From an uncultured Verrucomicrobiae bacterium (GTDB taxonomy: Bacteria > Chlamydiota > Chlamydiia > Chlamydiales > Rhabdochlamydiaceae), in the NCBI GenBank assembly GCA_963731265.1, contig CAVSUE010000001.1, forward strand, positions 864,997-928,996: a stretch of DNA of 64,000 nucleotides. Reading direction: 5' to 3'. This document shows, in pieces, positions 48,307 to 58,344 of the stretch. The stretch's first letter is position 1; the number at the start of each line of letters is the position of its first letter. The position numbers and the translations under genes were made by a program. The notes beneath the pieces are model-generated. The model saw only the letters and a list, made by a program, of their open reading frames with translations. It was not told the origin of the DNA and ran no database searches.

Positions 48307-49269
48307 TTAACCTTGCCTCACAAGCCGAACATTGGATTGTGAAAGGGTTTGTATAATTTTTTTCGATTTGCTCTTGACGGCTCTAAAGTCACTCATGCTG
48401 CTTTCGATCTCGCGCATCACAGTATCAAAGTTTGTGCGTTCAACAGTCAAATCCGCTTGCGCCTTCTTGAGCTCTGCATCCGACCAGATCAGGTGTGTCT
48501 TTGCATACCCTGCGCCAAATGTCGTAATGCCATCAAAAACGGCAAGTGCGGTCTGTGCGATGTATACGGCTTTCTCAGCAAATTGGGCAGCGCCTGTGGC
48601 TATCACTTGGACGGATCCGACGATTCCAATCGCGCCGGCGATAATGCCGACAGCTCCTGGTAGGCACATCGCGAACATCTTTCTACGCTCTTCATTCTCG
48701 CCTGCAAGCTGTTTAGCAACCCAGTCCCACGCGCCGGTTTCCGATAAGGCAAAATTGGCCAAAGAGAGGACGCCGGAGGCGATCATCGCTCCGCCGATCA
48801 AGGCTCCGCCGCCTGTGGCGACCAGGGAAATACCGAAGACGATCGAGAGGGCGGAAAGAAGGGAAGTCGCAATCTTTTTCAAAACCGACCAAAAGCTGCT
48901 GTCGGCGGCTCTTTTGGCGTTTTCTTTTAATTTTTGGATGTTGTCCGCAGAAATTTCTCGGATCGAATGTTTCACATGCTGAAGACGGGTTCCCAGCGTT
49001 TCCATGATTTGGTTTCCGAGGCTACGCGTCTCTTCCGTCGCCGCAAGCAATCGATATTCACTGCTTGGTGGTGTGCGATTGGGAGGAAACAAGTCATCGG
49101 GAGAAGTCAAAACGGGACGTTCAGGCATCCAATCCGCGGCTGTCATTCTTTCCGCAACGCCTAGAGTATCGGAAACGCCGGAAGTTTCCCTGGATAGCGA
49201 AGCCGAAGCCGGCGCATCCGGAAAGGAAAGGGACTGGAAGGAGGAAGAAATTGGGTCAAGATTTGGCAT
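48307..49269 (-). CDS. T3SS major translocator-like protein (CopB2/CT861-like)
   Basis: Hydrophobic hairpin LSIVFGISLVATGGGALIGGAMIASG; coiled coils; directly after the class II chaperone. Confidence 0.75.
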   Translation of the reverse strand: MPNLDPISSSFQSLSFPDAPASASLSRETSGVSDTLGVAERMTAADWMPERPVLTSPDDLFPPNRTPPSSEYRLLAATEETRSLGNQIMETLGTRLQHVKHSIREISADNIQKLKENAKRAADSSFWSVLKKIATSLLSALSIVFGISLVATGGGALIGGAMIASGVLSLANFALSETGAWDWVAKQLAGENEERRKMFAMCLPGAVGIIAGAIGIVGSVQVIATGAAQFAEKAVYIAQTALAVFDGITTFGAGYAKTHLIWSDAELKKAQADLTVERTNFDTVMREIESSMSDFRAVKSKSKKIIQTLSQSNVRLVRQG

Positions 49270-49702
49270 AATGAATCGTCTTTAATAAGTTGATCTTATC
49301 GCGCAATCGCTCGTTCTCGCAGCATAAATCCAATGCGGCGTCGAGAGCTTTAAGCGCATCTTCTTTTTCATCGAGGGAAAGAAAACATTCCGCTGCATGA
49401 AAGTGGGGCGCGGAATCATTTTCTTTCAATAATGCAACCAGGCTCCAGGCATGTACAGCGGCTTGATACTCTTTTGCCATTTGCTTGGAGCTCGCAAGCC
49501 CTTGCCAGTAGTGCAGCGAAAAGGGATGGGTTAGAACGAGCTGGGTAAACAGCTGGGCAGCTCCTCGGTAATCGCCCTTTTCATAAAGACCAAAGGCGAT
49601 CGCATAAAATTGCTGCTCCATTTCAAGCGGAATCGGTGAGATCGCGTCTTCCGTGATCCCCAGGATTTCCATCACTTCTTGTTGAAAGGAGCTGCGCATC
49701 AT
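49256..49702 (-). CDS. SycD/LcrH class II T3SS chaperone (TPR)
   Basis: YAIAFGLYEKGDY..A..LFTQL..YWQGLAS..Y..A..D..PHFHAAECFL. Confidence 0.92.
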   Translation of the reverse strand: MMRSSFQQEVMEILGITEDAISPIPLEMEQQFYAIAFGLYEKGDYRGAAQLFTQLVLTHPFSLHYWQGLASSKQMAKEYQAAVHAWSLVALLKENDSAPHFHAAECFLSLDEKEDALKALDAALDLCCENERLRDKINLLKTIHYAKS

Positions 49703-49707
49703 TTTTT

Positions 49708-50334
49708 TTATCCGCCACGGCCGGTTTTTTGGATGATCGATTTGTTCAATTCATCCGCTTCTTTGAGGACTTGTTTCGCATTTTCGGTCATCTGAGAGCG
49801 GTCTTCGTATTTGCTGTTGATGTCCATTAACTGTTTATTCAAGTCTGCGCCGAGCGACTTCAATTCTGCATCCAAACCTTGGACGACGACATCGATCGCC
49901 GATTCATCGAGGGGTTCGAATTGGAGATTCGGATCGCAGTGAACCTTTTCCATGATCATCCCAAGATGGATTTCTGCATCGGGCACGCCTTCTTCACGAA
50001 GTTGATCGATAATCTCGTTTAATTTTTGTTCCAGGCTGATCTCTTCGACGGGTGTGTTACCCACTTTGCCCTCGAAAATCGTTGGATTCCTCAAATAAGC
50101 GAGATAGGCGTAGTTTTTGGCAACTTCATCATTGGTGAGATCAATTTTTTTGTCTTTTTGCTTGGCATGCGAGAGTTTGTTCATCACGTCTTGCATGATT
50201 TTGACTTGGATGTTGGTCACTTTCAAGCCGTCGATGAGTTTATTGAGCTCCACCTCGCGATAATCGAAATATTTTTGATAACACTGTGTGATCTCGAGGC
50301 CCATATTGTAGCCATGGTTCGTTACAGCACCCAT
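49708..50334 (-). CDS. Coiled-coil hypothetical protein upstream of the chaperone (CT863-like position)
   Basis: ATG 50334 with TAAGGAGA RBS; helical. Confidence 0.7.
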   Translation of the reverse strand: MGAVTNHGYNMGLEITQCYQKYFDYREVELNKLIDGLKVTNIQVKIMQDVMNKLSHAKQKDKKIDLTNDEVAKNYAYLAYLRNPTIFEGKVGNTPVEEISLEQKLNEIIDQLREEGVPDAEIHLGMIMEKVHCDPNLQFEPLDESAIDVVVQGLDAELKSLGADLNKQLMDINSKYEDRSQMTENAKQVLKEADELNKSIIQKTGRGG

Positions 50335-50595
50335 ATTTCTCCTTAAGTGGTTTTTTTTTGGGATTGAGCATAGCAAAGAATCTTCATTAAAGCAATCTTA
50401 ACAAAACTCAATTTTTTGAGGTTTTGACAAATAAAAGGATTAATTAACTGGTTCGTGTAGAGAGTGATCGAAGATTTTAATGCTCGTTTGAAGACTCGTG
50501 CGTCGTTCCTCAGCGTAATTTTACTCATTTACACATTATAAATAAATACGAGCACTTATTTTAAAAGGGAATGACCAGGAAAGGTTGACCCCCTA

Positions 50596-51208
50596 GAGGT
50601 TGCATAGGCTTTTATTCAACGCAGAGGCGCTAAGACGCAAAGGTAAATTCCGAGGCATACAATGTCTCAGAATTTACTTTCATTTTTTGGCGAAAATCAA
50701 GAGTTATAAACCATTTACTACTCGACAAACGCCATCCTTGAGCTGTTTTTTGCCAAAGTTGAGAAGAAGACCTAATTTCATGCCACTGAGGCGCAGATAG
50801 GTTAATAATTGGGATTGATATACGGAATGATCAAGTTCAGTTGCTTTGACCTCAATGATTATTTTGTTTTCGACCAGAATATCTAAAAAGAGAAGATCCC
50901 TAATGGTTTTGTATTTCACCGGAATAGCCAATTGCCTCTGGCAACGCAATTCTAACAAAGACAATTCATAGACCCGGCCCCCTAAGGCACGGTGAACCTC
51001 AATGGCTGCTCCAATGATTTTTCGCGTAAGCTCAGCTTCCATGGTCCTAAAACTATACAGAAAAAATATTTTTGCAAAATGACATTTGGTGCTCTCTTTT
51101 CTTCCTTCCAAGTGAAGGTAAATTCCGCGGCATTCTAATGCCTCGGAATTTACCTTTGCGGCTCGGCGGCTTTGCGCCTCTGCGTTGCATAAAACCCTAT
51201 GCAACCTC
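50596..51208 (-). mobile_element. Inverted-repeat-bounded GxxExxY cassette
   Basis: Arms of ~62-70 bp, GAGGTTGCATAGG..CAACGCAGAGGCGC..GCAAAGGTAAATTCCGAGGCAT and their complement at 51138-51208. Confidence 0.75.
50704..51042 (-). pseudogene. Degenerate GxxExxY (PD-(D/E)XK-like) protein
   Basis: LTRKIIGAAIEVHRALG; DILVENKIIIEVKA; QLLTYLRLSGMKLGLLLNF. The GxxExxY motif itself is disrupted by short in-frame deletions. Confidence 0.75.
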
Positions 51209-51261
51209 AAGGTGGTAATGGGATGTGTAAACTTGCCACGAGCCCGTGCCCGGCTTCTTTA

Positions 51262-54200
51262 TTAATAGCTCTTGGTCCACTTGAGGGAGAATTTGCCTTC
51301 TTCCTCGTCCTGGGTTTCGGCTTGGAAGACGAAGCCTTTGGGGAGTTCAACTTCGACGATGACTCGGCTGCTGGTCGCGCTTTGGGAGAGAGTGATCAGC
51401 AGGCCGCGGGTCAAGTATTTTCCGATTTGTACAGCGATCTCATCAGTGCCCGGCTGGGAAGAGATGTTAAGGCGGTCGACCCCGATGCTTTTACGGATGG
51501 TCTCGAGGACATCGGGCCCTGCCCCTCCTGAAAGGCTGACCAGGGTGCTGGCGAGCTGGACCGCTTCAGGATGGGAAATGTCGGAGATATCTTTGTTGAA
51601 CAGGATCAGGGCTAAGATCGAGCTTGTCGGTTTTTGCGGGTTGGATTGGAAGGTAAGTTGAGGGGAGTTCAGAGGGCCGCGCAGCATCGCCGTGATCGTC
51701 GCTTCAGGCAAAGTGAGCGTTCCGTTCAGGTTGAGATACCCTGAAGGGGTTGGTTTGTCATTGAAGACAATTTCTCCTTCGGTCAGCTTGAAGACTTTGC
51801 CGGAAAACTGGTATTCTCCTTTAATCAATTTTAAAGCTCCATTCGCAGCGATGTTGGCGTTATTGCCATACAGATGGACATGCCCTTCGAGTTCTGCATT
51901 CAAGCCGCGCCCTTCTACGAGGACTTTGTTATCAGCTGTCAATTCCAGATCCATCGAGAAGATAAAATGTCGTTCAGGTTTTGCTGCCCTGGAATAGAGA
52001 TAGGGAGGACGATTGACATAAGTGAAAGGCATGGTCGGAATTTCGTAAGGGAGCCTTTCGGTAATATGAATTTTCGCCTCTTCGATCAACAAATTGCCTT
52101 GCGCAAGCATCTGTGTCGTGTCGCCCGTCAAGTAAAGAGGTCCCGTGAGATTGGAATCGATCATATCAAACCCTAAAGCGTGCAAGTTCTGCAATTCGGC
52201 CTCAAAGGCGTAAGGAAAAAATTCCTGGGGTTTGAGCAGGATTTGGCCTTGGCCAGTCATCGACCCCTTTTTATCATCATCCGCCTTGATCTGGATGAGA
52301 TGGATGGTGTCATTTTGCGCTTCGCAGTCTGCTTGGATATTCTTGAGAGAGATTCCCGTAAAATAGTTCTCATAGGTGCCGTTTTGCCATTCTAGTTTTC
52401 CTCTAAGAGAAGGAGCTGCGAGGGTATTGGAGAGAAAAAGACGACAGGAGAGCAACCCCGAGAAGTAATTCGTGCCCAGATTGACGAAATCGAACAAGTC
52501 CTGCAATTTTCCTTCCGCGATGAGCTCTCCCGAAATGTTTTTTGTCTCATCAAAAGTCATGCGGAAGGGATAGAGCTGGTACTCGACGGGAAAAGAACCG
52601 GCGAAATCGAGAAATTGTTGGTCTGTTGCGTAAAGGTCGGTGTAGACCTGAAGGATGCGTTGATCGAGATGCGCTTGAACGACGCCTTTAGCCCGGAATG
52701 GATTTTTTCTTCCGAAGTGAAGAACGTCGACTTCCTCAAGGATTGTCTTTGACACCCCTTCGATATTTTCCGGCGTTGCGTCAAAGAATCCATCCGAGGA
52801 GGCAAAACCATGTAATTTAAAGTGAGGGCGGAAACAGCGGAAAACCTCCAACGGAAAATGTTTTAAATCCCATTTGCCGAAAGAACGGAGCGGAGTCGAT
52901 TCGAATGTCGCATAAAATCGACCATCGCCGATGAGAAAATCAAAAGGGCTTAATGTCACATAACTGGCGCCCCATTCCATCTCAGTAGGATATTTTAATG
53001 AAAAGGGAATGTCGGAAAGATCGCCAAATAACTGGGTGAGTTCCAAGGAAAATAAACTGTTTTCTTTTTTCCAAAATCCTTCAGCCGTGCAATGAAAGGG
53101 ATTTTCTATCTGTCCCTCTGTCTTTATCGTGAATGGCCAAATCCCCTCATCGGATTGTGTGGTAAAATGAAGTTCGTCCAGGTAGAAGCTGGGCGCATAA
53201 ATTTTTTCTGCGAGAATATCGACTTCCCCAGAGGGTGCATCGAAGAGGTTCTGGATTTTGGCGGCCACATTTAAATCTTCAAGAAAGTATTCGCGGAAAC
53301 GCAAATTTTTCCCGATGAGGAGGCAATGTGCATTTTGTTCGTTGTCTTCGGTGGAAAGGACGCATTCAGCGGCAAGTTTACCCCCGAGATTTTCGTTTCT
53401 GAAGAAAGATTCAAAAGATTCGAGATGGTTTGTATTTGCAAAAAGCGAGGATTGGCAAAGGCCCCGGGGCAAATCGTAGGTCAAATACCCATGGAGGGAG
53501 GCATCAGAAATTTTGAAGTTGAGATCGATGATGGAAAAGGATTGACCGGGGAAATATTCAAAGGCAAAAGCAACATGGAAGGGGAGGTCTGCCTGAGGAG
53601 AGGACAATTGGACTTCTCCTTCCCATTCCCTGTTTTCATAGCTCCCTTTGACCATCCCCTGGATGGTATTGGCGGCAAAAGAGTGGATGTGAAGTTCATG
53701 GGCTTCCAATGAGGCTTTGTATGTCCCTTCCTGGTAGACGCCTTTGCCATGCACGGATCCTTTTACCGGAATAGTAGGGAACTTTGCTAAATCGGGAAAA
53801 GAATATGCGAAAGCTATTTTGCTTTTTTCCAGATCGGCATTCAAATTCCCTTTTGCTTTGAGGTGGACGAGATCGCTCAGGAGGAGCAGTTTTTGCAGAT
53901 AGATTTCCTGACCGGACAAAACGGAAAACTCTGTTTTAAATTTCCAATCTCGATTTAAGAGGGGGACAGCTGGAAAATGAACATTGGCAAGCTCTCCTTT
54001 CCACGTGCCTTGAAGAGGGGAGCCTGTGCGCGGAAGATCGTAGAGAAGCTCTGACCATGTCATCCAGGAACCTTCTAAATCGAATTCGGAATCGATTTCA
54101 TTGAGATGGGCCTGAATTTTGGCCTCGACTAAATTTCTTAACTTATTGGCTGATAAGCGGAAATCCAAATAAGTCTTCTTGTTTTCCGGGGAAAAAAATG

Positions 54201-54762
54201 TGAGTTCCAACTTAAAGGTTTCTAAATCGCGGCGCAGGGCGATCTTTCCCGTTAATCCTGTACTCAGCGTGGAACCGGTTTGGATATTTTTTACCTCTAA
54301 GAAGGCGAGATTAAAGTGATCAATATCGATTTCGCAGGGTAGATCGATCCCTTCGATTTGTTTGCGCACCCACGCTTTGGCGCTGGCGAGATCTAAAGCA
54401 GGAGGTTGTTCCGAAGGAAAATAAGAATAAATGGCATGGCTCGCGCTCAAATAGTTGATGACGATTTTTCCTCGCAATAGGGGCAGGATCGCAATGCGCA
54501 GCCTGACATCGGACAATTTCAGCGAATCGCCTTTGTTGAAAGTAAAATCGGCTTGCTGAATTTCCCAAGAAAACGGAAGGCGTCCCGATAAATCAGCAAT
54601 AGAGGCCTGTGTTCCGGACTCGTTTAGATAAGCGACGATTTTTGCCTGGATTTGATCTTTGGCCCATTTTGTCTGCATCAGTGCGAACGCAGTGCAGAAG
54701 AAGAGGATGAGTCCAATGAAGATGTAGAGGACAGATTTGGTCAATTTATAAAATATAATCAT
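51262..54762 (-). CDS. tamB: Translocation/assembly module TamB (DUF490) family
   Basis: N-terminal TM, long beta-rich body, C-terminal GVDRLNI..IGKYLT..F..E. Confidence 0.85.
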   Translation of the reverse strand: MIIFYKLTKSVLYIFIGLILFFCTAFALMQTKWAKDQIQAKIVAYLNESGTQASIADLSGRLPFSWEIQQADFTFNKGDSLKLSDVRLRIAILPLLRGKIVINYLSASHAIYSYFPSEQPPALDLASAKAWVRKQIEGIDLPCEIDIDHFNLAFLEVKNIQTGSTLSTGLTGKIALRRDLETFKLELTFFSPENKKTYLDFRLSANKLRNLVEAKIQAHLNEIDSEFDLEGSWMTWSELLYDLPRTGSPLQGTWKGELANVHFPAVPLLNRDWKFKTEFSVLSGQEIYLQKLLLLSDLVHLKAKGNLNADLEKSKIAFAYSFPDLAKFPTIPVKGSVHGKGVYQEGTYKASLEAHELHIHSFAANTIQGMVKGSYENREWEGEVQLSSPQADLPFHVAFAFEYFPGQSFSIIDLNFKISDASLHGYLTYDLPRGLCQSSLFANTNHLESFESFFRNENLGGKLAAECVLSTEDNEQNAHCLLIGKNLRFREYFLEDLNVAAKIQNLFDAPSGEVDILAEKIYAPSFYLDELHFTTQSDEGIWPFTIKTEGQIENPFHCTAEGFWKKENSLFSLELTQLFGDLSDIPFSLKYPTEMEWGASYVTLSPFDFLIGDGRFYATFESTPLRSFGKWDLKHFPLEVFRCFRPHFKLHGFASSDGFFDATPENIEGVSKTILEEVDVLHFGRKNPFRAKGVVQAHLDQRILQVYTDLYATDQQFLDFAGSFPVEYQLYPFRMTFDETKNISGELIAEGKLQDLFDFVNLGTNYFSGLLSCRLFLSNTLAAPSLRGKLEWQNGTYENYFTGISLKNIQADCEAQNDTIHLIQIKADDDKKGSMTGQGQILLKPQEFFPYAFEAELQNLHALGFDMIDSNLTGPLYLTGDTTQMLAQGNLLIEEAKIHITERLPYEIPTMPFTYVNRPPYLYSRAAKPERHFIFSMDLELTADNKVLVEGRGLNAELEGHVHLYGNNANIAANGALKLIKGEYQFSGKVFKLTEGEIVFNDKPTPSGYLNLNGTLTLPEATITAMLRGPLNSPQLTFQSNPQKPTSSILALILFNKDISDISHPEAVQLASTLVSLSGGAGPDVLETIRKSIGVDRLNISSQPGTDEIAVQIGKYLTRGLLITLSQSATSSRVIVEVELPKGFVFQAETQDEEEGKFSLKWTKSY

Positions 54763-54763
54763 A

Positions 54764-56539
54764 TTAGAACATTTGCCCGATGCTTACTAAAATTCTATAT
54801 ACGGGATCGATCCCTTTACGGCGATCTAAAGGGAACGCCAGATCTACTCTAAACGGCCCCATGAATGTGAAGTAGCGAAATCCCAGACCAACAGATTTAT
54901 ACCATTTCCCGTGAGTGGGGTATTCTGTCGTCCATACACTTCCCATGTCGAAAAAGGGGACCAGCCCGATCGTCTCTGTTACACGGAAGCGTGTTTCAAA
55001 AGTGAAATAGGCGGCAGACCTGCCTCCGATCGGTTTCCCATGCACAAGCGGGCTTACGGTCTGGTAGCGGTAGCCTCGCAAATCTTCTTCGGAGCCCCCT
55101 AAAAAACGGTAACAGAGAGGAATGGCCTCAAGGCCATTGCTCAGGATCATGCCATAAGTGAATTTCTCCGCCAGGACAACTCTTGCTTTTTCATCGAGAG
55201 GCAGGTAAGCCGATTCGATGAATTTTTGAGTAAGGTAGACATCGCGTGCGCGCGCGACATTGAGAGCAGGCGTAAGAACGTATTCCAATGTCGCCCCACG
55301 CGTGGGGTTCAGCAAGCTGTTGGCCGAACTCCAGCGCAAATACATGGGGACTTCCAAAAGCCAATAATTCCCATTTTGGGCGCTTTCCGTCACGTAGACT
55401 CTTTCCCCTTTGATGCCGGCCGAGCCGCGCAGCCTTCTTGTGAGCTGCCGTTCAAAACGGTCTGACAGGCTGTACGCGCGCATTGAATAGGCTTTCGGCA
55501 AGGCCCCATGTGAAGCTTGGGCTTGGGCAATCATGTCCTGGCCGATTTTGTTGTAATCGGGATGGATATATGTCGCGTTGCCGGTCTGGCTAATGCGGGT
55601 GACATCTCCTTGAAAACTAAAAGTACGGCCCATTCCGCCAACGTTATTGTTGGCCCAGCCGAAGGTCAAGCCGGGGCCGAACACCGTTTGATAGCTGACG
55701 CCGATATTGACCTTTCTGTGTTTACTCTCGCTGACTTCGATTTTAAGCGGAATTTCTCCATGGGAAGAGAGTGTTTCTTCGTGAGTGACGAGGACGGAGC
55801 TGAACAATCCCGTCTCGATCAAAGCGTTTTGCGTTTTTTCGACAAGACGGCTATCGTAAACTTCTCCTTCTTTCCACAACTTTTTTTGTTCTAAAAACAA
55901 GGGTTTGACTCTGGTCGTGCCGACGATCGCAGTCGGACCAAATTCTGCTTTTTCACCCGTTTTAACATCCAGCTGTACGCGTACACCTTTCGTGTTCCCG
56001 TCCACAATGACGTCCCGCCGTTCCGATTTGGCGAGTGGATAACCGCACTCAGACAAACGTTGCAGGACTTTAAGCTCAGCATCTAAAATGGCTTCTGTCT
56101 GCGCGGGCTTGTTCAGCTGCACTCCGATATCCCCAAAGGTAATCTGGCAGCATGAATTAGGGACATCTGAGGTTTCGCAATAGAGGCGAAGATCGAACGC
56201 TTCCAACCGATATCGCGGACCGGGATCGATCATCACGATCACTTTCACTTCGTTATTGAGCTCATGGATCTGAATGTTGATTTTTGCCTCGTAATACCCA
56301 TGCGCCTGAAGGACTTTGATCAATTCGGGGATGTCGGACTCTGTTCGATAACGCAAGGCATTGATCGAAGCCGGCGGCCGTTTTTTTAGCGAAGTGAGCT
56401 GAGAGGCTAGCTTAATTTCTCGAAGAGCGCGGGAGTCGCCTAAACCTTCAAATGCGACGTTGTAGGAAATTCCTCCCGCATAGGCGGTAAATGGGATCCA
56501 TAAAAAGAGGGCGGTTAAAAAGAAATTCCTCAACGTCAT
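54764..56539 (-). CDS. tamA: Omp85 family outer-membrane protein (TamA-like)
   Basis: POTRA repeats; RFLGGSEEDLRGY; SVGLGFRYFTFMGPFRVDLAFP; terminal F; adjacent to tamB. Confidence 0.85.
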   Translation of the reverse strand: MTLRNFFLTALFLWIPFTAYAGGISYNVAFEGLGDSRALREIKLASQLTSLKKRPPASINALRYRTESDIPELIKVLQAHGYYEAKINIQIHELNNEVKVIVMIDPGPRYRLEAFDLRLYCETSDVPNSCCQITFGDIGVQLNKPAQTEAILDAELKVLQRLSECGYPLAKSERRDVIVDGNTKGVRVQLDVKTGEKAEFGPTAIVGTTRVKPLFLEQKKLWKEGEVYDSRLVEKTQNALIETGLFSSVLVTHEETLSSHGEIPLKIEVSESKHRKVNIGVSYQTVFGPGLTFGWANNNVGGMGRTFSFQGDVTRISQTGNATYIHPDYNKIGQDMIAQAQASHGALPKAYSMRAYSLSDRFERQLTRRLRGSAGIKGERVYVTESAQNGNYWLLEVPMYLRWSSANSLLNPTRGATLEYVLTPALNVARARDVYLTQKFIESAYLPLDEKARVVLAEKFTYGMILSNGLEAIPLCYRFLGGSEEDLRGYRYQTVSPLVHGKPIGGRSAAYFTFETRFRVTETIGLVPFFDMGSVWTTEYPTHGKWYKSVGLGFRYFTFMGPFRVDLAFPLDRRKGIDPVYRILVSIGQMF

Positions 56540-56618
56540 GGAGAAAAGGGTATTTGTCCCCGATTTCCAATGCAACTTCTTCTTTCCATTTTCCCCTCTT
56601 TAATTTAAAACTTGCTGT

Positions 56619-57905
56619 ATGAAATTACGTCCGCACACAGAAAAACTCTACCGCGACTCCTGCGCCCTGATGCCGGGCGGGGTCAGCTCTCCCGTTCGAT
56701 CTTTTAAAGGAATGGAGCTTACGCCTTTAATTGTCCGTGAAGGAAAAGGGGATACGATCATCGATGTCGATGGGCATGCCTATATCGATTTTTGCCAAAG
56801 CTGGGGGGCGTTGATCCTCGGCCACGCCCATGAGCGCATCGTGCAAAAAGCCTCGGAGCAGTTAGGCCGCGGCTCTTCTTTTGGCATTGCTACACCTTAT
56901 GAAAAAGAGCTTGCGGAGGCGCTCATGCGCCATGTGCCCTCTATGCAAAAGCTACGTTTTGTCTCCTCGGGCACCGAGGCAACGATGAGCGCGGTCCGCC
57001 TTTCCCGCGGCTATACCGGAAAACAGACAATTATCAAATTCAACGGCCATTTCCATGGGCATTCCGACAGTTTATTGATCCAGGCAGGTTCCGGGGTCAC
57101 TCATCTTCCCCAAGCCTCTTCCAAGGGCATCCCTTATGAGCTTGTCAAACTCACTGTATCTTTGCCCTTTAACGATCTTGAGACATGCCGCAATTTTTTG
57201 AGGTCGCGCGACGATATCGCCGCCATCCTGATTGAGCCAATTGCGGGAAATATGGGAGTGGTCCCAGCAAAGAAAGAATTTCTTGAAATGTTGAGAGAAG
57301 AGACGGAAAAAAAAGGAATTGTGCTGATCTTCGATGAAGTGATCACGGGATTTCGAGTCGCCCTTCATAGCGCTCAGGGTCATTATGGGATTACCCCGGA
57401 TTTGACATGTCTGGGCAAAATCATCGGGGGCGGCTTCCCTGCCGCGGCCTGCGGGGGAAAACAGGAAATCATGGAGATGATCGCTCCTCTGGGCGCGGTC
57501 TACCAGGCAGGGACTCTTTCCGGCAATCCTTTGGCTATGTGCGCAGGCTTGGAAACTTTAAAAATCATCGAACAGCCCGATTTTCATCCAGGCTTGAATG
57601 CGAGAACGGAAAATTTTTTAGAGCCGATCCGGAGATTGGCCGCTCAAAAACAATTACCCATCGCCATTCAAAGCGCAGGTTCAATGTTCACCCTCTTTTT
57701 TGGTCTTGAAAAAGTCGAAAGCAGGGAAGACCTTGCAACCATGGATGAGGCCCGCTTCAACCATTTTTTCCGCACGTTGTTTGACCAGGGGATCTATCTT
57801 TCCCCTTCCGCATATGAGGCACATTTTCTTAGCCAGGCGCACACCGATGAGAGCTTGGAAAAGACTCAGGGTGCGATTCTAAGATACCTTGAAGAATTTT
57901 TCTGA
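56619..57905 (+). CDS. hemL: Glutamate-1-semialdehyde 2,1-aminomutase
   Basis: PGGVSSPVRSF; SSGTEATM; LIFDEVITGFR; LGKIIGGG; GTLSGNP. Confidence 0.97.
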   Translation: MKLRPHTEKLYRDSCALMPGGVSSPVRSFKGMELTPLIVREGKGDTIIDVDGHAYIDFCQSWGALILGHAHERIVQKASEQLGRGSSFGIATPYEKELAEALMRHVPSMQKLRFVSSGTEATMSAVRLSRGYTGKQTIIKFNGHFHGHSDSLLIQAGSGVTHLPQASSKGIPYELVKLTVSLPFNDLETCRNFLRSRDDIAAILIEPIAGNMGVVPAKKEFLEMLREETEKKGIVLIFDEVITGFRVALHSAQGHYGITPDLTCLGKIIGGGFPAAACGGKQEIMEMIAPLGAVYQAGTLSGNPLAMCAGLETLKIIEQPDFHPGLNARTENFLEPIRRLAAQKQLPIAIQSAGSMFTLFFGLEKVESREDLATMDEARFNHFFRTLFDQGIYLSPSAYEAHFLSQAHTDESLEKTQGAILRYLEEFF

Positions 57906-58265
57906 AAATTCTTTCACTTTGCCGGTGGGAGTTAAAATTTCAGGAGCATGGGCATTGATCAGTTCCTTGCCATGCACGTCTGTGGCGATGACTTTTTTTT
58001 CTTTGAGTTCAAAAGTAATAGGGGCGATAGAAAGATCATCGAGCTGATTTCCAAGCGCAGGATCCTGATTGAATGCCTCGCCCAAAAAAGAGAGAATTTT
58101 AACGATTTCCTGAGAAGACCCTTTTAATTTTAAAGGGATTTCGGGAGCCAATTCTTCTGTTTCCTTTGTCAAAAGAACTCGGACATTATAGGTGTCCTTT
58201 TCTTTTGGATCGGAATCCACTCCCAATACTTCGCAGTGCTTTTGAATGACAATTCGTGTATTCAT
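57879..58265 (-). CDS. Hypothetical protein
   Basis: 128-aa ORF, convergent with hemL and divergent from the NfeD gene. Confidence 0.6.
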   Translation of the reverse strand: MNTRIVIQKHCEVLGVDSDPKEKDTYNVRVLLTKETEELAPEIPLKLKGSSQEIVKILSFLGEAFNQDPALGNQLDDLSIAPITFELKEKKVIATDVHGKELINAHAPEILTPTGKVKEFSEKFFKVS

Positions 58266-58344
58266 CTAAACAATATTTTATATGATAAAGATTAAAATTT
58301 AAACAGTTGGACAAAATTCTGTTAATTTTTTACTTTTAAAGAAG

